Below, piece after piece: positions 48,472-60,000 of a stretch of DNA of 60,000 bases. The DNA lies in assembly GCF_009834535.1 (NCBI RefSeq), contig NC_045698.1, positions 11,162,001-11,222,000 on the forward strand, written 5' to 3'. A model generated the notes under the pieces. That model did no database searches. It had not been told where the DNA came from and was given only the letters and a program-made list of their open reading frames with translations. Position 1 is the first letter of the stretch; the number at the start of each line of letters is the position of its first letter. The position numbers and the translations under genes were made by a program. Source of the DNA: Camelus ferus. Taxonomy: Eukaryota.

Positions 48472-51400
48472 CTTTGCCTTTTCCCTGAAATAGGAAATAC
48501 ATCTAGACTTTGACTCCTGGATGATCCCGACAGGAGACTGAATATCCCATGAAAGAGGGCTATCTTCTTGGTGTTTTCTTGGTTCTTTTCAGTTTTCTGT
48601 TTGTAGTGATCAGAAAAGACACATCCCTTTGTATTAGATAACAAATGCTTGGCCTCATAATTTTGGGTTAAATAATTCTTTCTTGGTGGCTTCATATTTT
48701 AAGTCTGTGATAATAACTGAGTATGGCTTGACTTTAAAATACAGTTTTTGTTTCTTTGTCCTTCGTACCCGGACTGCCTAGCAGAACATTTCGTTTCCTA
48801 CGAAGGATGGCTGGTAACTGTAGCTGTCAGTTGCTTACATCTTTTACTTCAGTTGTTTTCAAGCTGACAGGCAATAATATAAGTTGAATAAAATATATTA
48901 AGTATTTTTATGTCTATTGGGAAATATGGTGTAATCTCAGGCTACGTATTTTGTTTTTGTTTTAGCAGTTCTAAGAAGCCTGTCTCTTTGAACACTAGTC
49001 CAGGGAGCAAAGAGCTGCAGGTTTCTACAAAAGAACAAGAGACCTGTAAACCTATGAATTATCGGCAGCTCACATCCCTGGCCCTTGGAGATACAGCCTC
49101 CATTACCTGCATTAGTCTGTACCATAAGATTTTGTATTTGATTTATATTTTTAAATGGGACCTGGGTTTAGTGGTTTATTAAATAATGTAGGAATAATGT
49201 TTGTCAGAGAAATTATTAATATCGTATCTTCTTTGAGGCATTAAACTGGGTTTGTAGCTCATGGCTTTCATAGACATGTGAAGGATGATGACTTCTGAAT
49301 CTGACGATTAAGGTTTTATAGTAGAGTGATAACGTTTAAGTAGATAGACTTTATAAATAAGCAAGAAGCGATATCTTTGGAATTAAGAATAGTATTTCTG
49401 TTGCTAGTGCTCAGTGAATGACAAAATTCACCAGAGCTGATGTAAAGCTCTTGCTTAACAACAGCTGGTGTAGATCACTGCCATTTAAGATACATACCTT
49501 TAAAGAGATTGCTTTTTTGGGGGGGTCCTTAATAATTTGTTGGGACTGTAAAGTTGAGATGAGGTAGTTGGCTGTCTGAATTTTGGGCCATCACTTTGAA
49601 AAGTCATTCCCACGTGTGCATCCATCTCATTACAGTAGTCATCACAATCTTTCTGACGCTCTGATTATCTCTTTGTCTGACTTTCCTATTATTTTGCAAC
49701 TGCTTTAAGGGCAGAGGGGCTTTTTCTGATCATCTTTGTATGCTGGGCCTTTCATAACACAGTGGTGTGAGTACAGCAAACGTTAAAATGTGTTCCAAAA
49801 AGCTGAATTGAAATGAAAGAAGAATATCGGTTCTCCTGCCTTAAAGGCTTTATTAAACAAAGGCTCCAGAGTTATGAGATTTTATGTAAAATATTTTGAG
49901 AAGCAGCCTTGTTGACAGCACCTCCTGAGAAACTTGCTTCATTTTAATCTGCCCATTTTAGCCTTTATTTAAATCACTTCTGACAGGCGTGACTCATTCG
50001 CTCCTTCCTCCCAGTCCAGCGAGTAGCCTCTTCTCATCCCCAGACCCTTGGCTTAATGTGGTTCCTGGTGACGTCACCTCACGTGGCATTCACTGTCTGC
50101 ATCCCCGGGTCTGGGTTCTTCAGAAGACTGGCTTCCATCGTCCTCCGTGGCAGGAGAGCATGCTTTTCCTTCCCCTGGTGTATGTGAGCTTCCTCTGGGC
50201 ATCCCTCATGTTCTAAAGAGAGTCATCATATGGAAAATATCTATTCGGTACAGGACAGAGAGTAATTGGCTCTCCATTAGCCAGCTGCACTGCATCTTCA
50301 TGCAGTAGGACTTCTGAAAAAGATGTGTCCTCGGTGACATAATCATTTTCAAATGCATTAAAATGGTTTCTAGTTGTTTTTGTTTTTGCTCTGATTCCTA
50401 TAATGAAACATTATTAATATAGAATGTTGTGTGTGTCTGTGTGTGTGTGTGTGTTTAAGGGTGTAGTAGTTAGAGACCTTGAGATCTAAATACACCCTTT
50501 GATCAAGTTTGCGTTTTCAAATTGTTAAGAAAAAAGAAGCTGGAAGGTCTGGCTAATTATTTTACAAATGCAGTCTGTTGTATTTGTCAGCCACCCCATG
50601 CCTCCAAGGCACACTGCCTGAGTGCTTTAATCTGTGGTAATGCTTAGTCCAAACCCCATCCGTTATAAAAATAATGAGAGGTTATTGGGGTTGATGTCCA
50701 CGTTTCCTAGCTATAATGATGCCTGTGTGATCTTGTTTGTTTTGAAGAAGTTGTTGCTTATTGCAGGTTTGCATGGAGCTGTTTTTCTGCAGCACCTGTG
50801 GTTTTGTCCTTTGGATTCTGTACGTTGTTTATGGGATGAGTGATCATGGTTGTAATTCGGGAACACAGGGCCGTGCAGGTGTTTCCCTTGGCTGATAGGA
50901 AGGCTGTAGTTCGTCCGAAGAAATACAAATGTTAGCTGGCCATCACCCATAACATAAAATGCTTCTTTATTATACTGGGAAAGTGCCTGGAGCTATTCTT
51001 GTGAGAATAGAGAAATTTCTGGAACTTTCTGCCAACAGAAAAAAATATCCTTTTATATATCCTGTTTTACATAAAACAGAGGAGTGGAGAACAGCTCTTG
51101 AGTTGTCATGATTTGAAAAAACTAATGAATTTCTTGAGATAAGACACAACAATGCATTGAAAAAAAAATCCCTTTTGGGCAATAATTAGGATGTGGTTCC
51201 CAGGAGGCAGAGACTTGATCTTTTAAGAAAAACAATGTTGTTCCTAGAATGATACCAACTATAAAAAGGACATCAGTGAGTCTGACTGGTCAGCCTTTTG
51301 AGTGGTTTTGGGGAAGCTCGGTGAATTTGGAACTTCTGAATCTTCTTAGGCAAAGACTAAACAAACTAGCCCAGCTACGGTCTCAGATGTAGTTCTGGAA

Positions 51401-52468
51401 AGGCTGGAATGCACTAAATACTCTAAGTGCCTCATCCAGTACTTTTAACATCGGACCCCTCATGAGATTGTCATGCCCCCCGTGATGCTACAAGAGATCC
51501 AAAGTACTTTCATAATTTAAGCAGGAAATAGCTCAATCACCATATGTTTAGGAGGAAAGTTGATACAGTTCTAATCCCATATGAAGCAAACACAGGTGTA
51601 CTAATTCTATAAAACAAATATGTTCAACTTTTCTTGTCCCATCGCGTTCCCCTCCCCCCAAATTTTTTTTTAAAGTGTGGCGGTGAAATTAACTTGAAAT
51701 GGAATGTTTTGGGATCAGCTAAATGTTTATGTATGCTTTTGTCAGACATGACATAGAACATCTTGATGAAAAATAAATTATTCAGCCGCTTTAGGCATTC
51801 ACTGTTTCCAAGTGAGTTACATGTTTGTCATCAAATAGATATATATAGATAGACAGCTGTTGCCAAAAAGTGCTTTTTTTTTTTTTTTTTTGGTGGATGT
51901 CAGTATATTAGTTTGGTGAGACTGAACAGCGTCATGGCCTTTGGCATTTTCATCTTTTCATATTTCTGGTTCTTAATGACTTGAAACTTATGGGTCCCTA
52001 CCTCAAGTGGGAGGTTGACAGTATGAGAGACAAAAGTGGTGATATTCCTCATTTTCACGACAACATATAGGAAAAGGTATTATAGCTCATTACTCATGTG
52101 TAGCCACATTGAAGGTCAGACTCCCCGTCCCACCCCTCAGCAGTGTTTGGCCATAAACAGTGTGGGAAGTTGATTTCTTCAGGGGAATTTGAATATATTA
52201 CTGTTGGGCTCTGTGAATGATTGGTATCCTAGAGGGATGTAGGACCCCAGGATGCTACCTCTCCTGCAGGCCACAATTTGCCCATTAGTCTGTGGCTTTA
52301 GAATAGAGCCTGTAATTCCTTATCCAGAAAAACAACATGTCTGAAGGGGAATAATGAAAGTTATAAAACACAGATGCTTCCCTAAGCTAAACAAAATTGC
52401 TTTACAAAAGGGCAAGAAGTCACATCTCCAAATAAAACATTTCTAGCCTCTTTATTATTATGTCACAG

Positions 52469-52999
52469 TGTGTTCTGGTGACTGTTGCTGCATAACAAAT
52501 CACCCAAAAACTGAGTGGCCTAAAACAGCAGCCGTTGTTTTATGGTCCCTTTTGGTTTTTGTGGGTTGGATTTTGGAGAGGCCTAGGCAGGGTGGTTCTG
52601 GGGCTGAGCAGTGGCTGAAGCTGGCACATAAGGGCTGGAGCAGTCCTGGATGGGGCTGGCCTCTCTGCCTGTCTGTCTGTCTCTCTGTAGGGTCTCAAGG
52701 CCTCTTCTTGTGGTCTCTCCACATGGGCTAGTGTGGGCTTCCTCACAAAATGGCGGTCTCAGGGCAGTCAGTCTGTTTACATGGCAGAAAAAAAGTTTCA
52801 AAAGTGGTTCATTCCAGTGGACAAGGTGAAAGTAGCATTACCTTTCACAGCTTACTCTCAGAGGTCACGCATGTCACTCCCCCCCCGGACAAGAGGAGAC
52901 TCCATCACTTGATGGGAACGTAGCCAGTCTAGAGGACATGTGGAATAGAATGTAATGTGTTAGTGTGTGGTCCTCTTCGGAAAAATATAATCCACCACA
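52469..52999 (-). mobile_element. MaLR LTR (MLT1F/G/H-like)
   Basis: tgttgctgcataacaaatcacccaaaaactgagtggcctaaaaca...aaaatataatccaccaca. Confidence 0.85.
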
Positions 53000-54599
53000 G
53001 TGTGCTTTATAATAACTTAAAAACGAAGTTTTAGTCTCAGTTCCTGGGTAAGCAAACTGAGAAGCTGTCCTTTCATAATCTTTGAACAAGACTTGGAATA
53101 TTTAACTCCTTGCTTTTGTAACAGGCAGGTGCCAGGCCATGCCCACCTGGGGGAAAATATTGATGGCAATGTGAACATAAACCCCAGGGTAAAGTAGTGT
53201 CAGAGGTGCTGGAACAGGAAAGGGAGCAGGTGATCCTATAAAACTCACCAGTTGCCCTTCCTGTGTGTGTCTCAGGCCCATGAAATGTCTCTTGGCTGCT
53301 CATGGTCTATCTCAGGTGTCTAGGTGAGCAGTCAGGCGTCTGGGAGAATGTCTCAGGGACACTTACAGATGCAGCAGTATATTTTAAGTATTTTAATGCA
53401 TGGTTAGAAGGAGAAATGGCAGATGGGAGGCTGGAGTCCTATAGTGGTCCTGCTCTGAGCTGGTGAGGTGACCCCTAGCAAAGGCGTCTCTCTAGATCCA
53501 GGATTATGAGTTATGCCAACCACTAGTCATGGTGGAAAAGTTCCAGCACCTGGAGACAGATGCCACTAGCTGATGGGCAGAGCCCTCTTGCTTCCCCACA
53601 TACAACCAAGGTCACACTTTAAAGGACATCGTATCTGCAAAATCCTCAAAAATCATATTAGCGGCCACTTCAATATGTTGACCAATTTTACACATACTGC
53701 GTGTAACGTTGGACATATTAAGTATCATTTGTAATGATCCACATCAGCAAACCCCCTACTGAAACCTCCATTAGCTGTTGTTTATTCTTTCAGATTAACC
53801 CTTTACCATGAGCTAGAGGATGTTTGAGGGACTCAATTCCAAATACCATGCACTGATGCCCACCCCATCCTTCCATCTCCCCACCCCCTCACTGCTGCCT
53901 GCACCGGACAGAAGTGCCCATGTTGAAGTTGGTGGATCCACCCGTGCTCCTCCTTGCTCTGTCCAGGATGCTGTGCTCAGAGAAAACAGCCTCTGGGGCT
54001 TGGATGGAACCAATATAGCCATTTTTGCCAGTTTTATGGGGCCTCGTCTCTCTGTTGTGGAAATTTCTCCCAGACACTTAAGCCTACTTGACAGGCTGTC
54101 CCTTTGCAACTGGAAGACTCTCAGACTTTGGTCTTATAAACGAAACTCTTTCTTTTGTCTGTTTGCCTACTTTCCCCTTCCCTCTCTCCCTCTGTTTACG
54201 AGCTTATGTGAGCATTTATGGATGCGGTGCGCCTGTGTGTGGACTTGTGGGGTGGGAAGAAGGAATGAAAGGTGGGAAAGCAAGATTATTTCTGTTCCAT
54301 ATCCAGTTCCTTCCAGGAGCCCAAATATCACAGTGCTGGCATAATCCCCTCAACACAGGCTTCCTTTGAACCCACTCCTTACACTAAAGTGTATTCCAGG
54401 TAGATGAGAGAGTGAAATACATAAACTGAAAATTGAAGAGGCACCAGAAGAACGTCAGCATGATTTATTTTCTACTCTGGGTTAGAGAAATCTGATTGAA
54501 TAATGTTAGGATATACGAAAAGTGTACAGGAAATGGTGAGAAAATTTGACCATCTATGTTCTTCTATGTAGGAAAAAAAGGAAAGAGAAATCTGTATGT

Positions 54600-55730
54600 T
54601 TATACAAAAGTATGAGTCTACATGGGTATGACATCACACATGTGGAATTATGCCACACATGCTACTTTGTAACTTCATTTCATTTGACAGTGTCATTGAC
54701 ATATTTCCATGTCAATAAATGCATCAAATTTTAATGTTTGTATAATCTTCCTTTGGATATGACAATTTACTTAACCAGTCCTGTCCTGTTCTCTTTTCAT
54801 ACAAATAATTAGATGCACAGCGTTAGGTATAAGTCTTTTGAACTTGGGCAATTCTTAGGCTAAATTCTGAGAAGTCTTGGATTCAAGACTATGTTCATGT
54901 TAAATTTTGATACATGTTGTCAGCTTGGCCTCAGGAATGGGGACCACCGTCCCCTCTTACTGAGTGCTGCAGGCTCCGTGTTGCCCACATCCCACTGTTG
55001 TGGATTTGGTTAATCTTTTCAAATCTTTTATAGTCTCACTAACACACGCACAATTTCCTCTTATTTTCATTTTCACTTTTATGATTACCACTAAGATGGA
55101 ACATTTTCACATGTTCACTGACCACTTCTATGTTTTCTTTGGTAAAGAGCCTAATCCTGGTTTACTCATCATATTGTTGGGCTTTTATCATCTAGTATTA
55201 CGTAGTCACTGTTCTCTGTCCAAAAAATGTGTTATTAATATGTTCTGTAGTTTTTCAAGAAAAATTTTCAACTTTCCATATGGTAGTTTTGGGGTGATTT
55301 TCAATTTTTTTCATTTCCTATGTCATTTCTTCTTAGGGATGTGCTTTATTCTGAATTTTTCTGTCTCTTTCCTTTTTTTGCTGCATAGAAGTTCTACCTT
55401 GTTATTACATCACACTTACGCATAATTTCTTTTATGATTTCAGCATTAAACAGATTTCTCTAATCTGGACTAGAAAAACTTCTACACTCAACATTCTTCT
55501 AAGTATACCCTTTCAGTTTTCAGTTTATGCATTTAATGATTCATTTATCGGAAATATATTTTAGTTAAAGGGGCCAGATCAGATCTAGCTTTATGATTTT
55601 TTTTCTAATTATTAACCAGTTGTCCCAAAATATTTGTTGAAGCATTCAGCTCTCCTCTTATTGATTTGAGATGAACTGTCACTCTTAACCATGGACGGAA
55701 TTTCTGTGCACCTTGAGTTTATTTTTAAAG
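54600..55730 (-). mobile_element. Old L1M fragments
   Basis: T-rich; atgattaccactaagatggaacattttcacatgttcactgaccac; ccagttgtcccaaaatatttgttgaa. Confidence 0.65.
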
Positions 55731-55967
55731 ACATGGGTATTTCTCATTGCTTTTGGGACAAAGACTTCTGTCCTTAATGTGCCTTGGAAAAGTCTTGTGT
55801 GATCTTCTTTCTGTCCACACGTTGTCACTGCTTGCTCTGTGTCCCACATGTGAGTCTTCTTTCACTCCCAGATGTCATGTTCCTTCTTGCTTGGGGCCTC
55901 TGCACAGGCTGTTCCTTCTGCCTGACACTTTCTGGACCCAGGTGCCTTTTGGCCTTCAGTTACCTCA

Positions 55968-55978
55968 TGTGTGTGTGC

Positions 55979-56040
<62 letters not shown>
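55968..56040. repeat. (TG)n microsatellite
   Basis: directly visible. Confidence 0.98.
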
Positions 56041-56041
<1 letters not shown>

Positions 56042-56225
56042 GTTCCAATAAAATTTTATTTGAACTTCATTTAATTTCATGTGTCATAAAATATTATTCT
56101 TGTTTTAAGTTCTCCACCCTTAACCCAATGATTTGAATGTGTGAAAACCATTCAGAGTTCATGGATTGTATAAAAAGTAGGAGCAGATAGGATTTGGCTT
56201 GCGGGCTGTCCTGTGCTGACCTCTG
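56041..56225 (+). mobile_element. MER58B-like element, right-hand part only
   Basis: tgttccaataaaattttattt...ggatttggcttgcgggctgtcctgtgctgacctctg. Confidence 0.75.
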
Positions 56226-56528
56226 AACTCGGTGAATACACTTTCATCTGGACCATGAGTTGCATCTCTCCCAAACTTCATTTAAAAAGAGAGCTTTCAT
56301 TATTATTTTATTTTAAAAAATAGTTTCAATTCTGTGCCCATCCCTGCTAAACATTTACTTTGATTTCTTAGCCCCGAGGCTGCAGCGAGTGGAAGTAAGA
56401 TTTCACTTCCAGTGTTAAGAATGCATGCTTGACCATTTTTAGAAACACAATTTTTGTCTTGAAAGCCCTTTGGGCAGATAGCCTCAAATTTAACTCAGAT
56501 TACTTTTACTTTGGCCTTCAGTTACCTC

Positions 56529-56820
56529 TTAATTATCAAGGGAGGCCTTCCTTGATTTCCAGTCTTTAAGTTGAGCTTTATTCCTTTCATTTCACTTTCG
56601 CAGAAATCCATTCATCCCCTTTTAGAGTCTTTAGTTACAAGCTATACATTAGTCAGTGTGATGATTTGATGAGTACCCCCTCCCTCAGTGGGCTAGAAAC
56701 TTTACTCTGTCAGGGACTGCCTGATGTTGCTTATGATTGTATCCTCATCGCCAGCCACATGGTTGCCTTCAGTAGAGATTTCTTGGCTGCCAAATGAGTA
56801 GATGAATGGATGGATAGACA
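56529..56820 (+). mobile_element. L2 3' end, apparently continuing the L2-like sequence at 55800-55966
   Basis: caagggaggccttccttgatt...gtcagggactgcctgatgttgctt...aatgagtagatgaatgga. Confidence 0.65.
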
Positions 56821-58789
56821 CGCATGCCTCTACTCTTTTCTGGGCACCAGATGTTATTAACTGAGTGTGTATAGAAGGCATGATGAGAAGCTCGTCGCTA
56901 AACTTGACCTCTGGGATATCTTTGAAGAAGAGATTTGTGGTCAGGTTTGCCGGGGTCTTGAATCCCCTTTGATTTTCAAGCCTGAGTCAGATGCAGATAA
57001 TTCTTGCCCTTTTTCTCCCTCTTGAACCCTGGAGTGGTAGTGAGGTTTCCCAGGGTCCAGGATGCTCCAAGATTGCCTGCTCGAGGCACATGGGGATCAG
57101 CAGGAGCTCATCTGGTCTTGCCTGAGACGCACCCAGTTCTTGAGGGTCTCTGTCCCAGCTTACGGATCCCACGATAGATTTACTAGTGGCTGACGCTGGA
57201 CCTTAGCCTGCAGCAGTGAACTTCCTGGTCTCTTGGTTCTCCTAGGGGTGGGGAGAGGAAGCATGATCATCAAAGAATTCTTTCTTTATCCTGGGACCAA
57301 ACTATGATGCACTGAAACCATTTGATTGAAAAACCCAGAGTGGAAAGTCAGCTCCTGAGAGCATGTTTAATGCCTTTGAGAAAAATATTTCTTTTAAAAG
57401 AAGAGACCATCTCATTTGCCTGCCATCATAGGCTATTAAACCAATGGGTTCTGTCACGTCATGCACACAAGTGCAGCACGACTGCCAAGTGGAATCCCTT
57501 TGGGCGACTCCATTCTAGGATGCTGAAGCAACCAGATAGATGTCTTTAAGAGGAGACTATAATTTATACCTAGTGAATTAGCTTATGATTCCTCCTCCTT
57601 CTTCTTAATTTAAAACGTGTCTTAAAATGTGTAACTGTGTTTAGCAGTAGGGGTTGAGGAGTAGAGCGATCACCATATGTGAGATTTGACAATTTCCAAC
57701 ACATACCAGAAGGAAGTGGATATCTTTGTAATTTTTATTGGATAGCGAAGACTGAAAAGGATGATGAGGCCAAACCATGAACCTATTTGTACCACATGGT
57801 TACTCGTTGTCTTTGCTCGTACAGAGAGAAGAACAGATGAGACCAGTTAAGTGGGTTACAGAAGTGACAAGACTGAGAGATGAGAAGTCAGGGTAGCCCA
57901 GGCTACTGTTACTTCACGTAATTTCCCCAGGGATATAGAAGCCACCTGTTTACATGGAAAATTTGCCTCTTAGACATTTTTCAGAGCAAAGGGAATAAAT
58001 GTTCACGATTAAAAGTTACATTTCAAAACTATCCATTGTCATTGTCAGCAAACTTACTAGGCTGTGTAGTAAAAGTTCGATTTTTAATCTCGTTTTTCTT
58101 TGGTTGTTACTGTTGGAGAAATGCGTAGATTGTGTAATATGTTGATAAGAAGAGGGAACATTTCTCCTCCCTTTTCTTCCATTCAAGTCTCAGATAGCCA
58201 CTGACTAAAACTCCATCAAGCTGCTTAAGCTAATAAATCCTGATGAGTTGTTAAAACTGATTTAGTTTTATGCTAGAGTTGTATCATATTAAATATTTCT
58301 TGTCAGACCCATTGGTATGCATTACACATGAGCATGTAGCTTATTAAATCTAAATCAAATTCTTGTTCAAGGCTGGTCACCCAAAACGTGATCTCCTTTT
58401 TAATTGTGAAATGCCAACGAATGGCTGTTCCCAGAGGAAGCTTCCCTTTGGCTTATTTTAAAGTGGATGATGTAAAAATGATTAACTTAGGAATCAAGAA
58501 AATATGTGAAACTACAAGGCCTGGAGCCAGTCTCCTAAGTTGGATCCCAATAAGCCTTTAAAAATATGTGCTGTCGTTGCAAAGCTCATTTTTCCAAGCT
58601 AGACTCGAATATTAGAGTCTAGCTAAGAACTTCTTTTTTTTTTTTTTTTTTTTCCATGTTTGCTCTATGCAGAATCTGGGGAGTATCAAGATTGATGAAG
58701 GAATCAGGGTTGAGGTTTGGGAGCCAGCGTTAGCACTTCTGCGTGATGACAAATCGTGCCCTAGCTCCCTCCTTTGATTATATTTATTC

Positions 58790-58865
58790 CTTCTCTCTCT
58801 CTCTTTCCCCCTCCCTCCCTCCCTCTTTCTTCATCTCTCTCTTCTTCCTCCTCTCTTTTCTTCCC
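58790..58865. repeat. Polypyrimidine low-complexity tract
   Basis: directly visible. Confidence 0.9.
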
Positions 58866-59409
58866 CAAAGCACTAAGTGATAGGTTGGAATAGAAGCACC
58901 TAATTTTCATGAAGCACTCCCTCTGTTAACCTCTGGATGGAAACTTGAAAACAAAGTTAACTGCTTTGGGATCACTTAACCAGGAAGTTATGGTGGGGAA
59001 ACCTCTCTTTACTAGTCCTAGTCAGCACCAAACCTCTAACTCCTGTTCCAAAAGACAATTTACAATTCAACCCAAAGTGAAAACAATAGAGAATTAGCCC
59101 ACCCGGATCTGGCATCATCGCACCTCTTGGCGTGCCTTTGTAACTAATGGGGTCCTACAGCTCTCAATCTAAAGCACACCAGGAAGTCAGCCGGAACTGA
59201 CAAATCAGTTCAGGGCTGTAAACTATCTTGGTAAAAACGCTTAGTAAACTCTGGCCACAGGCTTTCATAAAGAGGCCCATTGGAAGAACTTCAGTAAAAT
59301 AAGGACTATTTAAATTTTCGTTTTAGCCATTTCTCTTGTGCATGCTTGTACAGGAGAAGCGAAGGCCAGCGCAGACATTTGGTGAGATTTCAGGCAGTAT
59401 TGTAAGTTC

Positions 59410-60000
59410 CATCTGTTTCTATCCATCTTCCCTGTCTTGCCGATGCCAAACCATCATCCACTCCCACCAGAATGAGTTCAGTAGCCTCTCTGATGCTTTC
59501 ATTCTGAACTTCCCTCGTCCATCTACAATCCAGCAGCTAGAATCATCATTTAGAACAAACATCTCTCATTTTCCCACTGGAAAACCATCCAGTGACTTCC
59601 TGATTCATGTAGATGGACTCACTAAAGCCAAATTCTTTTTGATTGCCTCTGGGTACTCCATGATTTGCCCCTTCCCTACATCTCCCCGATTCCTGGAATA
59701 TTCCAAGGTCAAGGCCTTTGTAGATCCCAAATCCTTGGTCTGGAATGGGCTTGTCTCTTGCATGGACTGCTCCAGGGACTTTTAGATTTCAGCTCAAAGG
59801 TCCCCAACTCAGCTAAGGCTTCCATGACCCCTCCCTCTAATAAGCCCCTGCCCCCTTTTCTTCAGTGGTACCCTATGCATTTCCTCCAGGGACTCGGTCA
59901 ATTTTGAAATTCTGTCTGTATTTATTTTTGTTTCCTAATTACGTACTCTGCCTCCCTGAAGTTGGGGATCTGATTTGCTTTATTCACTGTTGTAAATCTC
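59410..60000 (+). mobile_element. L2 LINE 3' region
   Basis: ctacaatccagcagctagaatcatcatttagaac...aaaaccatccagtgacttcc...ctgatttgctttattcactgttgtaaatctc. Confidence 0.75.

Noticed and set aside
53813..54369. Overlapping 174/98/93-aa ORFs
   Set aside because: No recognisable protein features; composition and length fit chance ORFs in intronic DNA
1..60000. CRISPR arrays, operons or other novel multi-gene systems
   Set aside because: The sequence is mammalian repeat-rich non-coding DNA with no spaced repeat arrays or gene-dense segments

Overview
Mammalian non-coding DNA, most likely camelid, based on two tRNA-derived SINEs that resemble Vic-1. It is probably an internal part of a very long intron of a gene transcribed on the + strand: the + strand looks T-rich and most LTRs and young retroposons lie antisense. 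Much of the window is old eutherian repeats (MIR, L2, L1M, MLT1/MLT2, MER3/5/20/33/58/103, MER21, MER31) plus younger lineage elements (Vic-1-like SINEs, MER41-like solo LTRs, L1 3' ends). There are many (TG)n microsatellites and one 100-N assembly gap. None of the listed ORFs looks like a real protein. The only good exon candidate is a 39-nt in-frame segment at 44317-44355, and I cannot name the host gene. I see no evidence of a new biological system. The best observations are small-scale: a TSD-flanked polyadenylated LTR-like retrocopy, a 543-bp insert bounded by 19-bp direct repeats, face-to-face MLT2 termini, a palindrome replacing a SINE 5' end, and several repeat-free, motif-rich enhancer-like blocks. 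Repeat family names come from remembered consensus sequences, not a database search, and boundaries of old repeats are approximate.
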